Counted from the stretch's first letter, positions 1-10,002 are shown. The stretch: 32,000 bases of DNA from Methanococcus maripaludis (GCF_002945325.1 NZ_CP026606.1:180001-212000); one strand, 5' to 3'. A program made the numbers and translations. Notes: generated from the sequence alone by a model not told the origin.

Positions 1-360
1 GATGATTTTCAGGAATTTAAAATTTACACGGAAAATTTAAGCGAAAAAATTCAGTTTATACTTAAGAAGGCCGATGGATTTGTAACTGATGGATATGATG
101 CATTACAATACGTGACTTTTGAAAATTTAAAAAATAAAAAACCTAAGAATAGTAAAAAATCGAAAAAAATACTGGTTAAAATGCCATTATGGCTTGCAAA
201 CAATAATGAAATCCATTTTGGAGAAGTTATCGAAAAGTTTCGATATATTAATTTTGAATTCGTCGGAGAATCTAAAAAGGGTATCTGTGTGTATTCAAAA
301 GAATTAAATAAAAAGTTATGGCTCCCAAAAAGCATTATCCAGTATGAAAATCAAGAATAA
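1..360 (+). CDS. hypothetical protein, 3' end (open from window edge)
   Basis: Frame 1 is open from nt 1 to the TAA at 358-360; the ORF track only shows it from the internal Met at 112. Lys-rich linker followed by a ...LWLPKSIIQYE tail. No family recognised. Confidence 0.4.
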   Translation, partial: DDFQEFKIYTENLSEKIQFILKKADGFVTDGYDALQYVTFENLKNKKPKNSKKSKKILVKMPLWLANNNEIHFGEVIEKFRYINFEFVGESKKGICVYSKELNKKLWLPKSIIQYENQE

Positions 361-446
361 AATCGCTGGAATTATCCAAAACATTATTATATTTTCAGTG
401 TCTTTTTTAGTAAATTAATTGTTATTTTAGGTATCTAGGTGAAATT

Positions 447-1055
447 TTGAATAAATCAAAAAAATTGGAAATTTTAAAAGCATTATTTTACACGTGCATG
501 ATACTCGCAAACGTCATAGCTGTTAAAATCGGCAGTTTTTGGGGTTATGTTATGACTGTAGGAATTTTAACGTACCCAATCACGTATTTAATGACTGATA
601 TAATAAGTGAATGCTGGTCAAAAGAGGAAGCAAGAAACACAGTCATTTTTGGATTTGTTTTAAGCATTATTTCTGTCATTGTTACCCAATCAGCAGTTTT
701 GGTTCCAAATGCACCATTTTACGATGGTTCATCATTTGAAGCCGTGTTTAATTTTGTTCCAAGGGTAGTTTTAGCATCATTAATGGCATATTTTGTATCC
801 CAAAACATTGACGTTTCGCTATTCCACAAAATTAAATCATATACTGGAAAAAAACATTTATGGATTAGAAACAATATCTCTACAATGGTAAGCCAGTTAT
901 TTGATAGTTTTTTATTCATTTCAATTGCTTTTTACGGCATATTGCCAGTTGATGCGATAATAACAATGATTGGGGTGCAGTACGGATTTAAATTTATTAT
1001 AGCAATAATGGATACTCCGTTTATATACCTTGGAAGGCATTGGATTGAAAAATAA
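447..1055 (+). CDS. VUT/YhhQ (DUF165) family queuosine/archaeosine-precursor transporter
   Basis: 202-aa polytopic membrane protein. YPITYLMTDIISE..EARNTV and the C-terminal DTPFIY are typical of the YhhQ/DUF165 family. AGGTGA RBS precedes a TTG start. Confidence 0.75.
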   Translation: MNKSKKLEILKALFYTCMILANVIAVKIGSFWGYVMTVGILTYPITYLMTDIISECWSKEEARNTVIFGFVLSIISVIVTQSAVLVPNAPFYDGSSFEAVFNFVPRVVLASLMAYFVSQNIDVSLFHKIKSYTGKKHLWIRNNISTMVSQLFDSFLFISIAFYGILPVDAIITMIGVQYGFKFIIAIMDTPFIYLGRHWIEK

Positions 1056-1101
1056 AAAATAGTTAAATTTTAAGATTTATTTTAAGATTTAAGATTCTTA
1101 A

Positions 1102-1887
1102 TTATTTTTTAAACGTATTAGTTCTTGCCCCAGCAACTTGGTTCGCAATCCTTGCGGCAAATGCACCTGCAACAAATCCTGCATCGATATTTACAACAGA
1201 TACTACCGAACAGGACTGAAGCATTGATAAAAGTGCAGCTTCACCCTTTGCACCAGCACCGTAACCAGTAGATACTGGAAGACCGACAACTGGGACATCA
1301 ACAAGTGCAGAAACCACTGTTGGAAGAGTTCCTTCCCTTCCAGCAGCAACTACAATTGAATCAGGTTTTTTATTCTTTAGTATCTCCATTTCATTAACAA
1401 GCCTGTGAAGTCCCGCAACTCCAACATCATATATTGCAATTGTTTCACAGCCCATTTCTGAAGCGGTCATTTTCGCTTCTTCTGCTACATCAATATCTGC
1501 AGTACCTGCAGTAATTACTGCAACTACACCGCCAGTTTTTTTAATTGGCGTACCATTATGAACTACTGCTGTAGTTGAATGAATGCCCCATTCAATCTCA
1601 CCAGATTTAAAATTTGATTGCAGTGCAGTTCTATGGGTTTCACTAATACGTGTGATTAAAACACGACCACTGGCATCCCTTTGAGCTTTTGCAATTTTTA
1701 CTACGTCTTCAGGGGTTTTTCCTTCAGCAAGCAATGCTTCAATAATTCCTGTTCGATGTTTTCGAAAAGTATCTATTTTAGCAATATCGGTTACTGATAC
1801 GTATCCCATTGAACGAATAGCTGCTTCAGCAGTTTCAATATCTGTTTCACTGTTTTTTACGTTATTCAATATACTTTTGAGGTCCAT
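1102..1887 (-). CDS. larB: LarB-type pyridinium-3,5-biscarboxylic acid mononucleotide synthase (PurE-like, COG1691)
   Basis: 261 aa. PurE-like core VVAVITAGTADIDVAEEA...VVAAGREGTLPTVVSALVDVPVVGLPVSTGYG is typical of LarB. Starts 12 nt after the stop of the upstream AKR. Confidence 0.8.
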   Translation of the reverse strand: MDLKSILNNVKNSETDIETAEAAIRSMGYVSVTDIAKIDTFRKHRTGIIEALLAEGKTPEDVVKIAKAQRDASGRVLITRISETHRTALQSNFKSGEIEWGIHSTTAVVHNGTPIKKTGGVVAVITAGTADIDVAEEAKMTASEMGCETIAIYDVGVAGLHRLVNEMEILKNKKPDSIVVAAGREGTLPTVVSALVDVPVVGLPVSTGYGAGAKGEAALLSMLQSCSVVSVVNIDAGFVAGAFAARIANQVAGARTNTFKK

Positions 1888-1898
1888 TTGGTACTCAC

Positions 1899-3092
1899 CT
1901 ACATTTTAAAAACACTCTTTACCATAGCCATTTTTTCATCATTATCAAGACCTTCAAATTCAGCTACAACTTTTTCGAGCATTTCAGGTATCTGGATATT
2001 TTGCGGACAGCGTTCTATACAAATACCGCAATCGGTACATTGTGATGCAAAATGCGGTTCATTAGTCCAGAATATATCACTAAGTGTTGCAAAATACTGG
2101 AATCTTTGAGATTCATCATGGAACATGTGTAAATTGTTGTATATTCCAAAACATGTCGGGATATCCACGTTTGCAGGACAAGGCATACAGTAACCGCAAC
2201 CAGTACAGTTAATCTTTAACAATTCACCATATTTTAAAGCAGCCTGTTCTATAAGACCCAGCTCTTTTTGGGTTAATGAGTTTTGATAACCTTCTTCTGC
2301 GATTCTTATGTTTTCTTCAACCTGTTCTGGTTCAGTCATTCCCGATAATACTGAAATAACTTCTGGATGATTCCATACCCAGCGAAGTGCCCATTCTACA
2401 GTTGTTCGTTTTGTATCTGCCTTGTTCCATATTTCCATAACTTCATCAGGTGTTTTGCCTGCCAAATTGCCCCCACGAAGCGGTTCCATTACAAAAACCC
2501 CGAGACCCTTTGAAGATGCGTATTTAAGTCCTTCTGTTCCAGCCTGAACGTTTTCATCTAAATAATTATACTGTATAAGGCAGAAATCCCAATCATACTC
2601 ATCCACTATCGATGCAAAATCTTCCTGCATTCCATGGTACGAAAAACCTGCATTTTTTATTCTACCGTCTGCTTTTGCACTGTTTAAAAAATCAATTACG
2701 CCAAGTTCTTTTATTTTAGCCCAGCTCGCTTTGGTAAGTGTGTGAAGTAAATAGTAATCGATACAGTTAGTATTCAGTTTTTCAAGTTGGGCATTGAGGA
2801 ATTTATCCATATCTTCTCTGGTGTTTACTGCCCACGTTGGTAGTTTTGTTGAAAGTTTAACTTTTTCTCTGTATCCGTCTGAAAGCGCACGAGCTAAAAA
2901 CGGTTCACATTCACCCATATGGTATGGCCAAGCTGTATCTACGAAATTTACGCCGTTATCTATCGCATAACGAACCATTTCTGTAGCTTTTTCTTCATCT
3001 ATGCTACCATCTTCTTTTGTAGGTAGCCTCATAGCACCAAAACCCAATATTGAAAGTTTGTCGCCATTTTTTGGATTTGTTCTGTATAACAT
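1899..3092 (-). CDS. aldo/keto reductase with C-terminal 2x[4Fe-4S] ferredoxin-like domain (COG1453 type)
   Basis: AKR N-terminus (LSILGFGAMRLP, DTAWPYH) plus two Cys clusters, CTGCGYCMPCPANVDIP and CTDCGICIERCPQNIQIP. Confidence 0.85.
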   Translation of the reverse strand: MLYRTNPKNGDKLSILGFGAMRLPTKEDGSIDEEKATEMVRYAIDNGVNFVDTAWPYHMGECEPFLARALSDGYREKVKLSTKLPTWAVNTREDMDKFLNAQLEKLNTNCIDYYLLHTLTKASWAKIKELGVIDFLNSAKADGRIKNAGFSYHGMQEDFASIVDEYDWDFCLIQYNYLDENVQAGTEGLKYASSKGLGVFVMEPLRGGNLAGKTPDEVMEIWNKADTKRTTVEWALRWVWNHPEVISVLSGMTEPEQVEENIRIAEEGYQNSLTQKELGLIEQAALKYGELLKINCTGCGYCMPCPANVDIPTCFGIYNNLHMFHDESQRFQYFATLSDIFWTNEPHFASQCTDCGICIERCPQNIQIPEMLEKVVAEFEGLDNDEKMAMVKSVFKM

Positions 3093-3231
3093 GTTTTATT
3101 CACCCGATGTATAAGATCTGCAGTTTAATGGTAAATTTACGGATATTTTACCCAATTGTTAAACGTATTGTATTTTGGATAAATTCAAAATATTATTCTT
3201 ATGTTTATTATTCTATTTTCATTCTTCAAAT

Positions 3232-3975
3232 TTATTCAGGCATTATTTCATTTAAACATGCAATCGCATTCAATGTTCTTGGATATCCAACATAAGGCAG
3301 TGCTTGCGTAACTGCATCAAGTAGTACTTTTTTATCGTTTCCTACTTTCAAATTGCCGACAATATGTCCTTTTAATTGCGGTTCACATCCTCCAAGAGCC
3401 AATAATATACAAAAAGTCAAAAGTTCTCTGGTTTTCACATCAAGTCCTGTTCGAGTGTAGTAATCACCAAAACAATTTGCAGATAGGTACTTTTGAATGT
3501 GTATTTGATTTTCTGGAGATGATTCATACATTTTATCAATAATTTCTCCAAAAATTGATTTTTGCACTTCAAGCCCCTTTTCATGTCTATTTTCAGGCGT
3601 AGTCGTGGATTGGCCTTCTAAAGGTAGTTTTACCCCCCTGCTTTCCAAAATTTCATTTGTTGCAAGGATAAAGTCATATGCTTTTGCAATTCCCACATAA
3701 GGTACAGATTGATATACTATTTCCTTAACTTCAATAGGTGTTACTCCAACACTGAGTGCACCTTCGAGCATTACTTTATACTCGCTTAATGTCTGGCTTC
3801 CAATTAGTGCTCCCAAAATCACCGTTGATCTTGTTTTGGCATCCAAATCACCATGTTTAATAACTTCATCAAAAATAAAGTTATCAAAAATTTCGACAAG
3901 TTCGGGATCTGTTACGTTAAGTGTTGATTTGTAATTTTTGTTTGTGGTTTCACTGATTTTCATACTTTTACACAC
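3232..3975 (-). CDS. carboxymuconolactone decarboxylase (CMD/AhpD-like) family protein, two CMD repeats
   Basis: Two LD.KTR...L(G/A)AL.G blocks: LDAKTRSTVILGALIGSQ and LDVKTRELLTFCILLALGGCEPQLKGHI. The track start is GTG at 3975; the ATG at 3963 is an alternative. Confidence 0.75.
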   Translation of the reverse strand: MCKSMKISETTNKNYKSTLNVTDPELVEIFDNFIFDEVIKHGDLDAKTRSTVILGALIGSQTLSEYKVMLEGALSVGVTPIEVKEIVYQSVPYVGIAKAYDFILATNEILESRGVKLPLEGQSTTTPENRHEKGLEVQKSIFGEIIDKMYESSPENQIHIQKYLSANCFGDYYTRTGLDVKTRELLTFCILLALGGCEPQLKGHIVGNLKVGNDKKVLLDAVTQALPYVGYPRTLNAIACLNEIMPE

Positions 3976-4067
3976 ATCCTTAATTTTTTCTTGACAATAC
4001 GGGCCATAATTCGCTATTTTCAGTTATTATATTAATTAACTGACTATGATTTAGTATTCTTTTTAAT

Positions 4068-4796
4068 TTAATCCGTTTCAGACAATAATCCCTGAAGTAC
4101 ATTTGGACCACCAAGATCTGCATCCCCTGCACCGTATCCTATTGAACTAACAGTGCATTTTGGAAAGACTTTTATCGGTTTTGCGAAATGGGATAGAATC
4201 GCTGCACCAGTAGGCGTTAGCAGTTCTTTTTCATCTGTTCCGCCTTTAAAGTAGAGTTTTCCCTTTTTTAAGAGTTCAAGCGTAGCTGGGGCAGGTACTG
4301 ACATGATCCCATGCGCACATTTTACGGTTCCGTTTCCAACGTTGATAGGCATGCAGTAAACAGAATCGCATTTGAGTGCATGAATGGCTGTTGATGAGCC
4401 GATGACGTCTGCAAGTGCATCATTTTGCCCAACTTCATGAAAATGTAATTTTTCAAGATCTTTTTTACCATGAACATGCGCTTCAGCTTCGGCCATCTTT
4501 GAAAAAATGTCAAGTGCACTTTTTTCTACATCATTTGAAAGTTTTGCATCTTTTATAATATCTACAAGTTCGAAATAAGTTCGTGAATGTTCGTGTTCAG
4601 GAACATTAATTTTAACGTCCAAAGCTCGAATACCTCTTTTCACAACTTCCTCCATGCTTACCGATACAGGTACTGCTGATTCAATGATTTCTTTTACGTA
4701 AAATTTGTCATCCAAAAGGTCCAAAGTACATCCAAGAATCATATCTCCTGCAGCTCCTGAAAACGGGTTGAATATAAGCGATTTCATGATTATCAC
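4068..4796 (-). CDS. larC: LarC/DUF111 nickel-insertion protein, N-terminal (LarC1-like) half only
   Basis: Motifs FSGAAGDMILG, HFHEVGQNDALADVIG, PAPATLELL...ELLTPTGAAIL and GYGAGDADLGGPNVLQ. The protein ends at 242 aa, whereas full-length family members are about 400 aa. Likely true start is ATG 4787, preceded by a GTGAT RBS. Confidence 0.7.
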   Translation of the reverse strand: MIIMKSLIFNPFSGAAGDMILGCTLDLLDDKFYVKEIIESAVPVSVSMEEVVKRGIRALDVKINVPEHEHSRTYFELVDIIKDAKLSNDVEKSALDIFSKMAEAEAHVHGKKDLEKLHFHEVGQNDALADVIGSSTAIHALKCDSVYCMPINVGNGTVKCAHGIMSVPAPATLELLKKGKLYFKGGTDEKELLTPTGAAILSHFAKPIKVFPKCTVSSIGYGAGDADLGGPNVLQGLLSETD

Positions 4797-4817
4797 GCTA
4801 TTTATTGAATTAGAATT

Positions 4818-5353
4818 TTAGAGCATTCCTAAGTTATCCAGCCACTTTTTAATATCCTTTTTCGAAGACGTCACCTGAGATCCCAAAATTGAAAATCCGT
4901 TTAGGATTTTTGCATCAGGACAGTTTTTTGCAATATCACTTTCACTGTGCCCCATACCGCTTCCTTCATGCGTACAGAATGGAATAAGGGTTTTTCCAGA
5001 GAAATCGTATTCTTCAAGAAATGTAAGAACTGCCATTGGGACTGTTCCCAACCAGTTTGGATATCCTAAGAATATGGTGTCGTAAGAATCCATATTAGTC
5101 ACGTGGCTGGTTAGTTTTGGTCGTGCATTTTCATTTATTCTTTTTTTGCCACATTTGTAGTTGCGGAATAGTCTTTAGGATACGGTGTTACAGTATCAAT
5201 CTGAAAAAGATCGCCCCCGATTATTTCTTGAATCGTTTCAGCTGTTATTTTTGTGTTACCTACTTGCAAATTCAAAATTTTTCCGTCAACGTAGTTATTA
5301 CCTGCACGTGAAAAATATGCCATAAGACATTTCTTTTCTTTTAAATCAGGCAT
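4818..5353 (-). pseudogene. flavodoxin family protein split by a frameshift at an A7 run (5141-5147)
   Basis: ORF 5135-5353 (..AYFSRAGNN..YPKDYSATTNVAKKE*) and ORF 4818-5102 (..YDTIFLGYPNWLGTVP..PFCTHEGSGMG) are the two halves of one flavodoxin. Reading the second frame upstream of the Met gives KKRINENARPKLTSHVTNMDSYD, which bridges the gap. Confidence 0.75.
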
Positions 5354-5410
5354 ATTATTCCTCGTTTTAACTTTAATCGGTAGATTCTAAATTGTTAATT
5401 GAATGATAAT

Positions 5411-6046
5411 TTAGTCTCGAATGAAATTTGTTGAGATTCTCTCTTCATGCAGGGGAAACTCTACACCTGCCTTAATGCCTGCTTCTTTACACTTCAAGAA
5501 CCATGCCATATTCTTTGCAAGTACTCGCATTGTCTGTAATCCTTCCAGATCTTTTTCTACATCTTCTGGTTTTGCACCATGAACCATGTTCCAGTACCTA
5601 GATGAAATTATGGGCATTTCTGAATGGGTAAAATATTTATTGAGTTGATCAAATGCAGCTGTTGTTCCCGCCCTTCTTGCAGAAACTACTGCTGCAGCAG
5701 GTTTTAGGTAAAAAGATTTCCCACCACTTAGTAAATCCGTATAAAATGCACAATCCATGAATGATTTAATAGAACCGCTTGTGGATGCATAGTGAACTGG
5801 AGAACCAAAGATAAATCCATCTGAATCTTTAGCAATATCTAAAAAATCGTTTACAATATTGTTAACTGCACAACGTCCTGTCTTAGCACAGGCTTTACAT
5901 GCAGTACATCCACTAATAGGTTTTAATCCAATCCAATAAAGTTCTGTGTCGATATTTTCCCCCTTTAATGTCTTTTCGATTTCTTTGAGGGCAGTATAAG
6001 TACAGCCTTTCTTATTTGGACTTCCATTTACTAGCAGCACCTTCAT
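5411..6046 (-). CDS. iron-sulfur flavoprotein (Isf-like, NADPH-dependent FMN reductase fold)
   Basis: MKVLLVNGSPNKKG flavodoxin-like N-terminus and a compact Cys motif CTACKACAKTGRC (CX2CX2CX5C). AAGGTGG RBS. Confidence 0.75.
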   Translation of the reverse strand: MKVLLVNGSPNKKGCTYTALKEIEKTLKGENIDTELYWIGLKPISGCTACKACAKTGRCAVNNIVNDFLDIAKDSDGFIFGSPVHYASTSGSIKSFMDCAFYTDLLSGGKSFYLKPAAAVVSARRAGTTAAFDQLNKYFTHSEMPIISSRYWNMVHGAKPEDVEKDLEGLQTMRVLAKNMAWFLKCKEAGIKAGVEFPLHEERISTNFIRD

Positions 6047-6364
6047 ATTTCCACCTTAAATCTCAGTAATCCGTTTTAATCCGATTTATTCGGTTTCAAG
6101 CAATTTTATTTCTGACAATGTTTCGTTTAATAGGAATATTTCATCTTTATCTAATTTTACTTCTATAATTTAATTTATCTTCGTAAGTTATCATATCCTT
6201 TATCACCCACAGGTTCCAACCATTCAAAAATTTCTTTGAAAAGATTATGTTTTTTTTAAAAATTGAATAAAATACCCCAAACTTAAAAATAGAAAAAAAG
6301 TTTGAAAATTAATTTTGAAATCATGATTTGATGAAATCTATAATATTGGCATGCTTTTTTCCAT

Positions 6365-6880
6365 TTAATCGGCTAGTTCAATCAATATATCGAAGCTACC
6401 ATTTATTTCTGTAATAATTGAAGGGTCACAATCAATAACCCCTAAATTCACAAATTCGCCATAACAATTTTCTTCATTATCATACAAAATGGTGAAATAA
6501 TTTCCTTGAGTAGTAAAATCTATATCTCCATTCTTCCAGCCTGGAACTAAATCTTCATCATTAAAGGATAATGGTTTATCCATTACACCGCAGATGTCAA
6601 AATCGTATTTACTGGCATGGATCGTGTACGGTAGCCTATCAATAAGTTCTTTAGCAGGTTTACCGTCATTTAATATTCCTGGAATGGTTTTATTATTGAT
6701 ATGCATATTAATTCTTGTTCCATTCTTAATTTCACGGATTGAATTTTCTTTATCCATAACTTCCTCACCAATATGTTCTTCATTAATTAATTCAATACTT
6801 GAATAGTTCTCTGCAAATATCGCCACTAAAAGAACACTGAATAATACCAATAAACTCTGTTTATTTGATACTGTCGCCAT
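6365..6880 (-). CDS. cyclophilin-like-fold protein with N-terminal signal/anchor helix
   Basis: N-terminal hydrophobic helix LLVLFSVLLVAIFA. ..LPYTIHASKYDFDICGVM..GDIDFTTQGNYFTILYD.. resembles the cyclophilin-like domain proteins often found next to flavodoxins and AKRs. Confidence 0.55.
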   Translation of the reverse strand: MATVSNKQSLLVLFSVLLVAIFAENYSSIELINEEHIGEEVMDKENSIREIKNGTRINMHINNKTIPGILNDGKPAKELIDRLPYTIHASKYDFDICGVMDKPLSFNDEDLVPGWKNGDIDFTTQGNYFTILYDNEENCYGEFVNLGVIDCDPSIITEINGSFDILIELAD

Positions 6881-6969
6881 TTTCTTTACCTGTTCTTGCC
6901 ATATTTTTTTCAGTTACCACAAAAATACTGATTCTATGAGTCCTTTTGCTTCTCAAAAATATTTTGATT

Positions 6970-8082
6970 TCATTTTTTTACAGAATTTGTTTTATCAAAA
7001 TAGTTTTTTGCTTTTAGCAGTCTACCGCGGATATCTACATGGAATGGACAGTTCTTTTCACAAACACCGCAATTAGTGCAGTCATTTGCGTTTTTGCTTA
7101 ATTTCAAGTAGTGATCTTTTGCAAGCTCGTCACCTGCTTTTGCAAGATCAAGATATTTGTTTACAATACCAATATCGATTCCAGAAGGGCATGGTTGGCA
7201 GTGGTTACAGTAAATGCAGGTACCCATGATGTCTCGGTGCGGCAGGCTTGCTATAAACGAGTAATCTCGATCTTTTTCAGAAGTAGAATAATATTTAAGG
7301 GCTTCATCCAGATCTGCTCTTGAACTTACTCCTGAAATACATGAAACTACCCCTGGACGATCCAGTGCATACTGTATACACTGGGGAACCGTCATGGCAT
7401 GATTAAATGGTGATGTTTTTTCGTTTAAGAGCTGTCCACCACCATAAGCCTTCATAACCGTGAGTGCCACACCTTGTTTTTCACATTCTTGATAAAGCTC
7501 CATACGTTCATTTTTTAAGTTTAATTTACCCCATGAGGGTTTAAAATCATATGCAGCGTTTGTACTGAACATTATAACATCAATTTCGCCAGTTTCGATA
7601 AATAATTTACATATCTCTTCAGAATGTGACGAAATCCCCAGATATCGAATAGTTCCGTCCTGCTTTAGCTTTTTAGCATAATCAAAAATGCCGTTTGACA
7701 TGATTTTTTCAAAGTCTCTTACCAGATCAACATAGCTGATGAGGCCAATATCGGCATAATTAGTACTGTATTTTTTTAATTCCTGCTCAAAACCCTTTTT
7801 AACGTTCCTTGGAACTCTTGTCCTTGAATATGTTCCTTTAGGATACCAGACACCAAGATGTATCTGCATGAGCATATCTTCCCGATGTCCTTTCAATGCA
7901 TTATTAATTGGTTCTGCTGCAGTGGTATCATACATGACCGTATCGATCAGATTTACGCCTTTTTCCATGCCGTAAGTGACGATATCTTCAATTTCTTTTG
8001 ACGTTGTTTCTTTCAAGCTTCCTGATCCAATGCCGATAGTACTGACCTTTTCATTGCCATGCGGTAATTTTCTGTAGTCCAT
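6970..8082 (-). CDS. aldo/keto reductase with C-terminal Fe-S cluster domain
   Basis: AKR core plus CIYCNHCQPCPSGIDI and CTNCGVCEKNCPF. I prefer ATG 8082 (MDYRKLPHG, AGGGG RBS) over the track start 8127, which overlaps the ADH gene. Confidence 0.85.
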   Translation of the reverse strand: MDYRKLPHGNEKVSTIGIGSGSLKETTSKEIEDIVTYGMEKGVNLIDTVMYDTTAAEPINNALKGHREDMLMQIHLGVWYPKGTYSRTRVPRNVKKGFEQELKKYSTNYADIGLISYVDLVRDFEKIMSNGIFDYAKKLKQDGTIRYLGISSHSEEICKLFIETGEIDVIMFSTNAAYDFKPSWGKLNLKNERMELYQECEKQGVALTVMKAYGGGQLLNEKTSPFNHAMTVPQCIQYALDRPGVVSCISGVSSRADLDEALKYYSTSEKDRDYSFIASLPHRDIMGTCIYCNHCQPCPSGIDIGIVNKYLDLAKAGDELAKDHYLKLSKNANDCTNCGVCEKNCPFHVDIRGRLLKAKNYFDKTNSVKK

Positions 8083-8093
8083 GTATTCGCCCC

Positions 8094-9264
8094 TTATTTG
8101 TAAGATGCACTGTAAATTGAAACGCAATCTTCGATACTTAACTGAGATCTGTCACAGGTAAACAACATTCCCATTGTATCCATTGCATTTTTCGCCATTT
8201 TTTCAAATTCTTCAGGAGTAATGCCATAATCAGACATTTTAAGATCTGAAACTCCACATTCTTCCTGTAATTTTACGAGCATTTTGATGAAATCCATAGG
8301 TTCTGTTGCATCTTCCATACCCATTACTTTAGCCATTTTTACAAACCTGTCATCACATACATGTTTTTCGATAAAATGAGTAAAGTATGCTTTACTGATC
8401 ATTATAAGCCCTGCACCATGAGGAAGATCTTGGTGATAAGCAGACATTGCGTGTTCTAATGCGTGCTGGCTTGTACAAAGTCCAACAGTTTCAACTACTC
8501 CTGATAACGTATTTCCAAAAGCAACCTTTTCACGTGCGTACATGTCATTTCCATCTTCAACAGCTTTTGAGAGATTTTTTGAAACATTTTCTATTGCCGT
8601 GATTGCATACATGTCGCTCATTAGATTTGCGCCGATAGATACGTAACCTTCCACGCTGTGGAATAATGCATCAAATCCCTGATATGCGGTGTATTTTGGA
8701 GGTACTGATTTCATAAGTTCAGGATCAACTACTGCTAAAACTGGAAACGTATCTTCGTTACCAAATCCGATTTTTTCACGATTTATTTCATGCGTTACAA
8801 CTGCCCAAGGATCGGTTTCAGAACCTGTTCCTGCTGTTGTTGTAATTGCTACAACAGGGATTGGTTTAGCTTTTAAAGGCATTCCTTTTCCAGTTCCACC
8901 AAAAATGTAATCCCAGTAATCTCCATCATTTGTAGCCATTATGGACATTGCTTTTGATGCATCGATACAGCTTCCGCCACCTAATGCAACAATAAAATCG
9001 CAGTCATTTTCTTTTGCAAAAGCACCGCCAGCCATAACGGTTGATCTTAATGGGTTTGGTTCAACTTTATCAAATACTGCAGTTTCTACACCTGCTAATT
9101 TTAACTGTTCTTCAGTTCTTGCAAGGTAACCGTATTCCCTTGTAGATTTTCCATTTGAAATAACAATCATAGCTTTTTTGCCAGGCATTTTTTTGTTCGT
9201 GTAGATTATTTAGTTGTCCTGCTCCAAACAAGACTTTTGTTGGCACATACATATTAAAACTCAT
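8094..9264 (-). CDS. iron-containing (group III) alcohol dehydrogenase; N-terminal 25 codons are out of frame at an A7 run
   Basis: GGGSCIDASKAM, TTAGTGSE and HALEHAMSAYH motifs. The track ORF starts at 9188. ATG 9264 encodes MSFNMYVPTKVLFGAGQLNNLHEQK, the canonical Fe-ADH N-terminus, in the +1 frame. The two join if the T7 run at 9188-9194 were T6. Confidence 0.85.
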
Positions 9265-9318
9265 AATTTTCACCATTATCCGAAATTTTTTTGAATATAA
9301 TAATTGAATTTTTAAGAT

Positions 9319-9332
9319 TGACTACTCAGTCA
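9319..9332. promoter_or_regulatory. TetR-type operator TGACTACTCAGTCA next to a TATA box (9351-9360), upstream of the ADH-AKR genes
   Basis: TGACT-N4-AGTCA palindrome. It lies between the TATATATA element and the ADH start when read on the minus strand. Confidence 0.6.
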
Positions 9333-9408
9333 AATACTAATTTGTTTTTGTGATATATATAGATTAGGTAATAACTTCTTTTTAAAAAATTAAAAAATAA
9401 CTCTAAAT

Positions 9409-9960
9409 TTATTCAGTTAATTTTTTTCCAATATTAAATGCCTGTTCTAATGTATTTTCGTGGTTTAAAACGTCTCCTGGAGCTCCAACACCGCCTTTTA
9501 CAATAGATTTAACAACATTTAATCCAAGGAAATTTAACATGGAATTTGTGTTTTCAATGTACGGTGCAAATGCACTTTCGTCAGGGTTTGCCTGAACGTA
9601 AACTGTAGCAGTTTTAATATTGCTTAATCTCGGGCTGAAATCAGCATTAACTACAGGGTAGAGCCTGTCGAGGAATATTTTTGCCTGTCCAGTAACCTGC
9701 CACATGTAAATTGGAGATCCAATAACTAAAACATCTGCTTCTTTTAAGTTTTCTAAAATTTCTGCCATATCATCTTTTTGAGCACATTTAAACTCGGATC
9801 TGCAGTGCATACATCCTTTACATCCATTGACATTCATTTTATCAATATCGTATTGAATTACTTCTGCACCGTTTGATTTTGCACCATCTAAAATTTTGTT
9901 TATCAATAATGCAGTATTTCCCTGTTTTTTTGGGCTCCCGTTTATTGCAACAACTTTCAT
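9409..9960 (-). CDS. iron-sulfur flavoprotein (Isf-like, NADPH-dependent FMN reductase fold)
   Basis: MKVVAINGSPKKQGNT and CKGCMHCRSEFKC (CX2CX2CX5C). ATG 9960 is preferred over the track start 9996. Confidence 0.75.
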   Translation of the reverse strand: MKVVAINGSPKKQGNTALLINKILDGAKSNGAEVIQYDIDKMNVNGCKGCMHCRSEFKCAQKDDMAEILENLKEADVLVIGSPIYMWQVTGQAKIFLDRLYPVVNADFSPRLSNIKTATVYVQANPDESAFAPYIENTNSMLNFLGLNVVKSIVKGGVGAPGDVLNHENTLEQAFNIGKKLTE

Positions 9961-10002
9961 AATATCACTTTGTATTATTTTGAATTTGATTTTCATGAGT
10001 AT

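Noticed and set aside
51-335. 94-aa minus-strand ORF
   Set aside because: It is antisense to the plus-strand ORF that is open from the window edge. It is low-complexity and Phe/Ser/Asn-rich, as expected from AT-rich antisense sequence, and has no RBS.
4041-4055. Sixth TetR operator candidate TGACTATGATTTAGT upstream of the CMD gene
   Set aside because: Only one half-site matches and the spacing is wrong, so it is probably chance.
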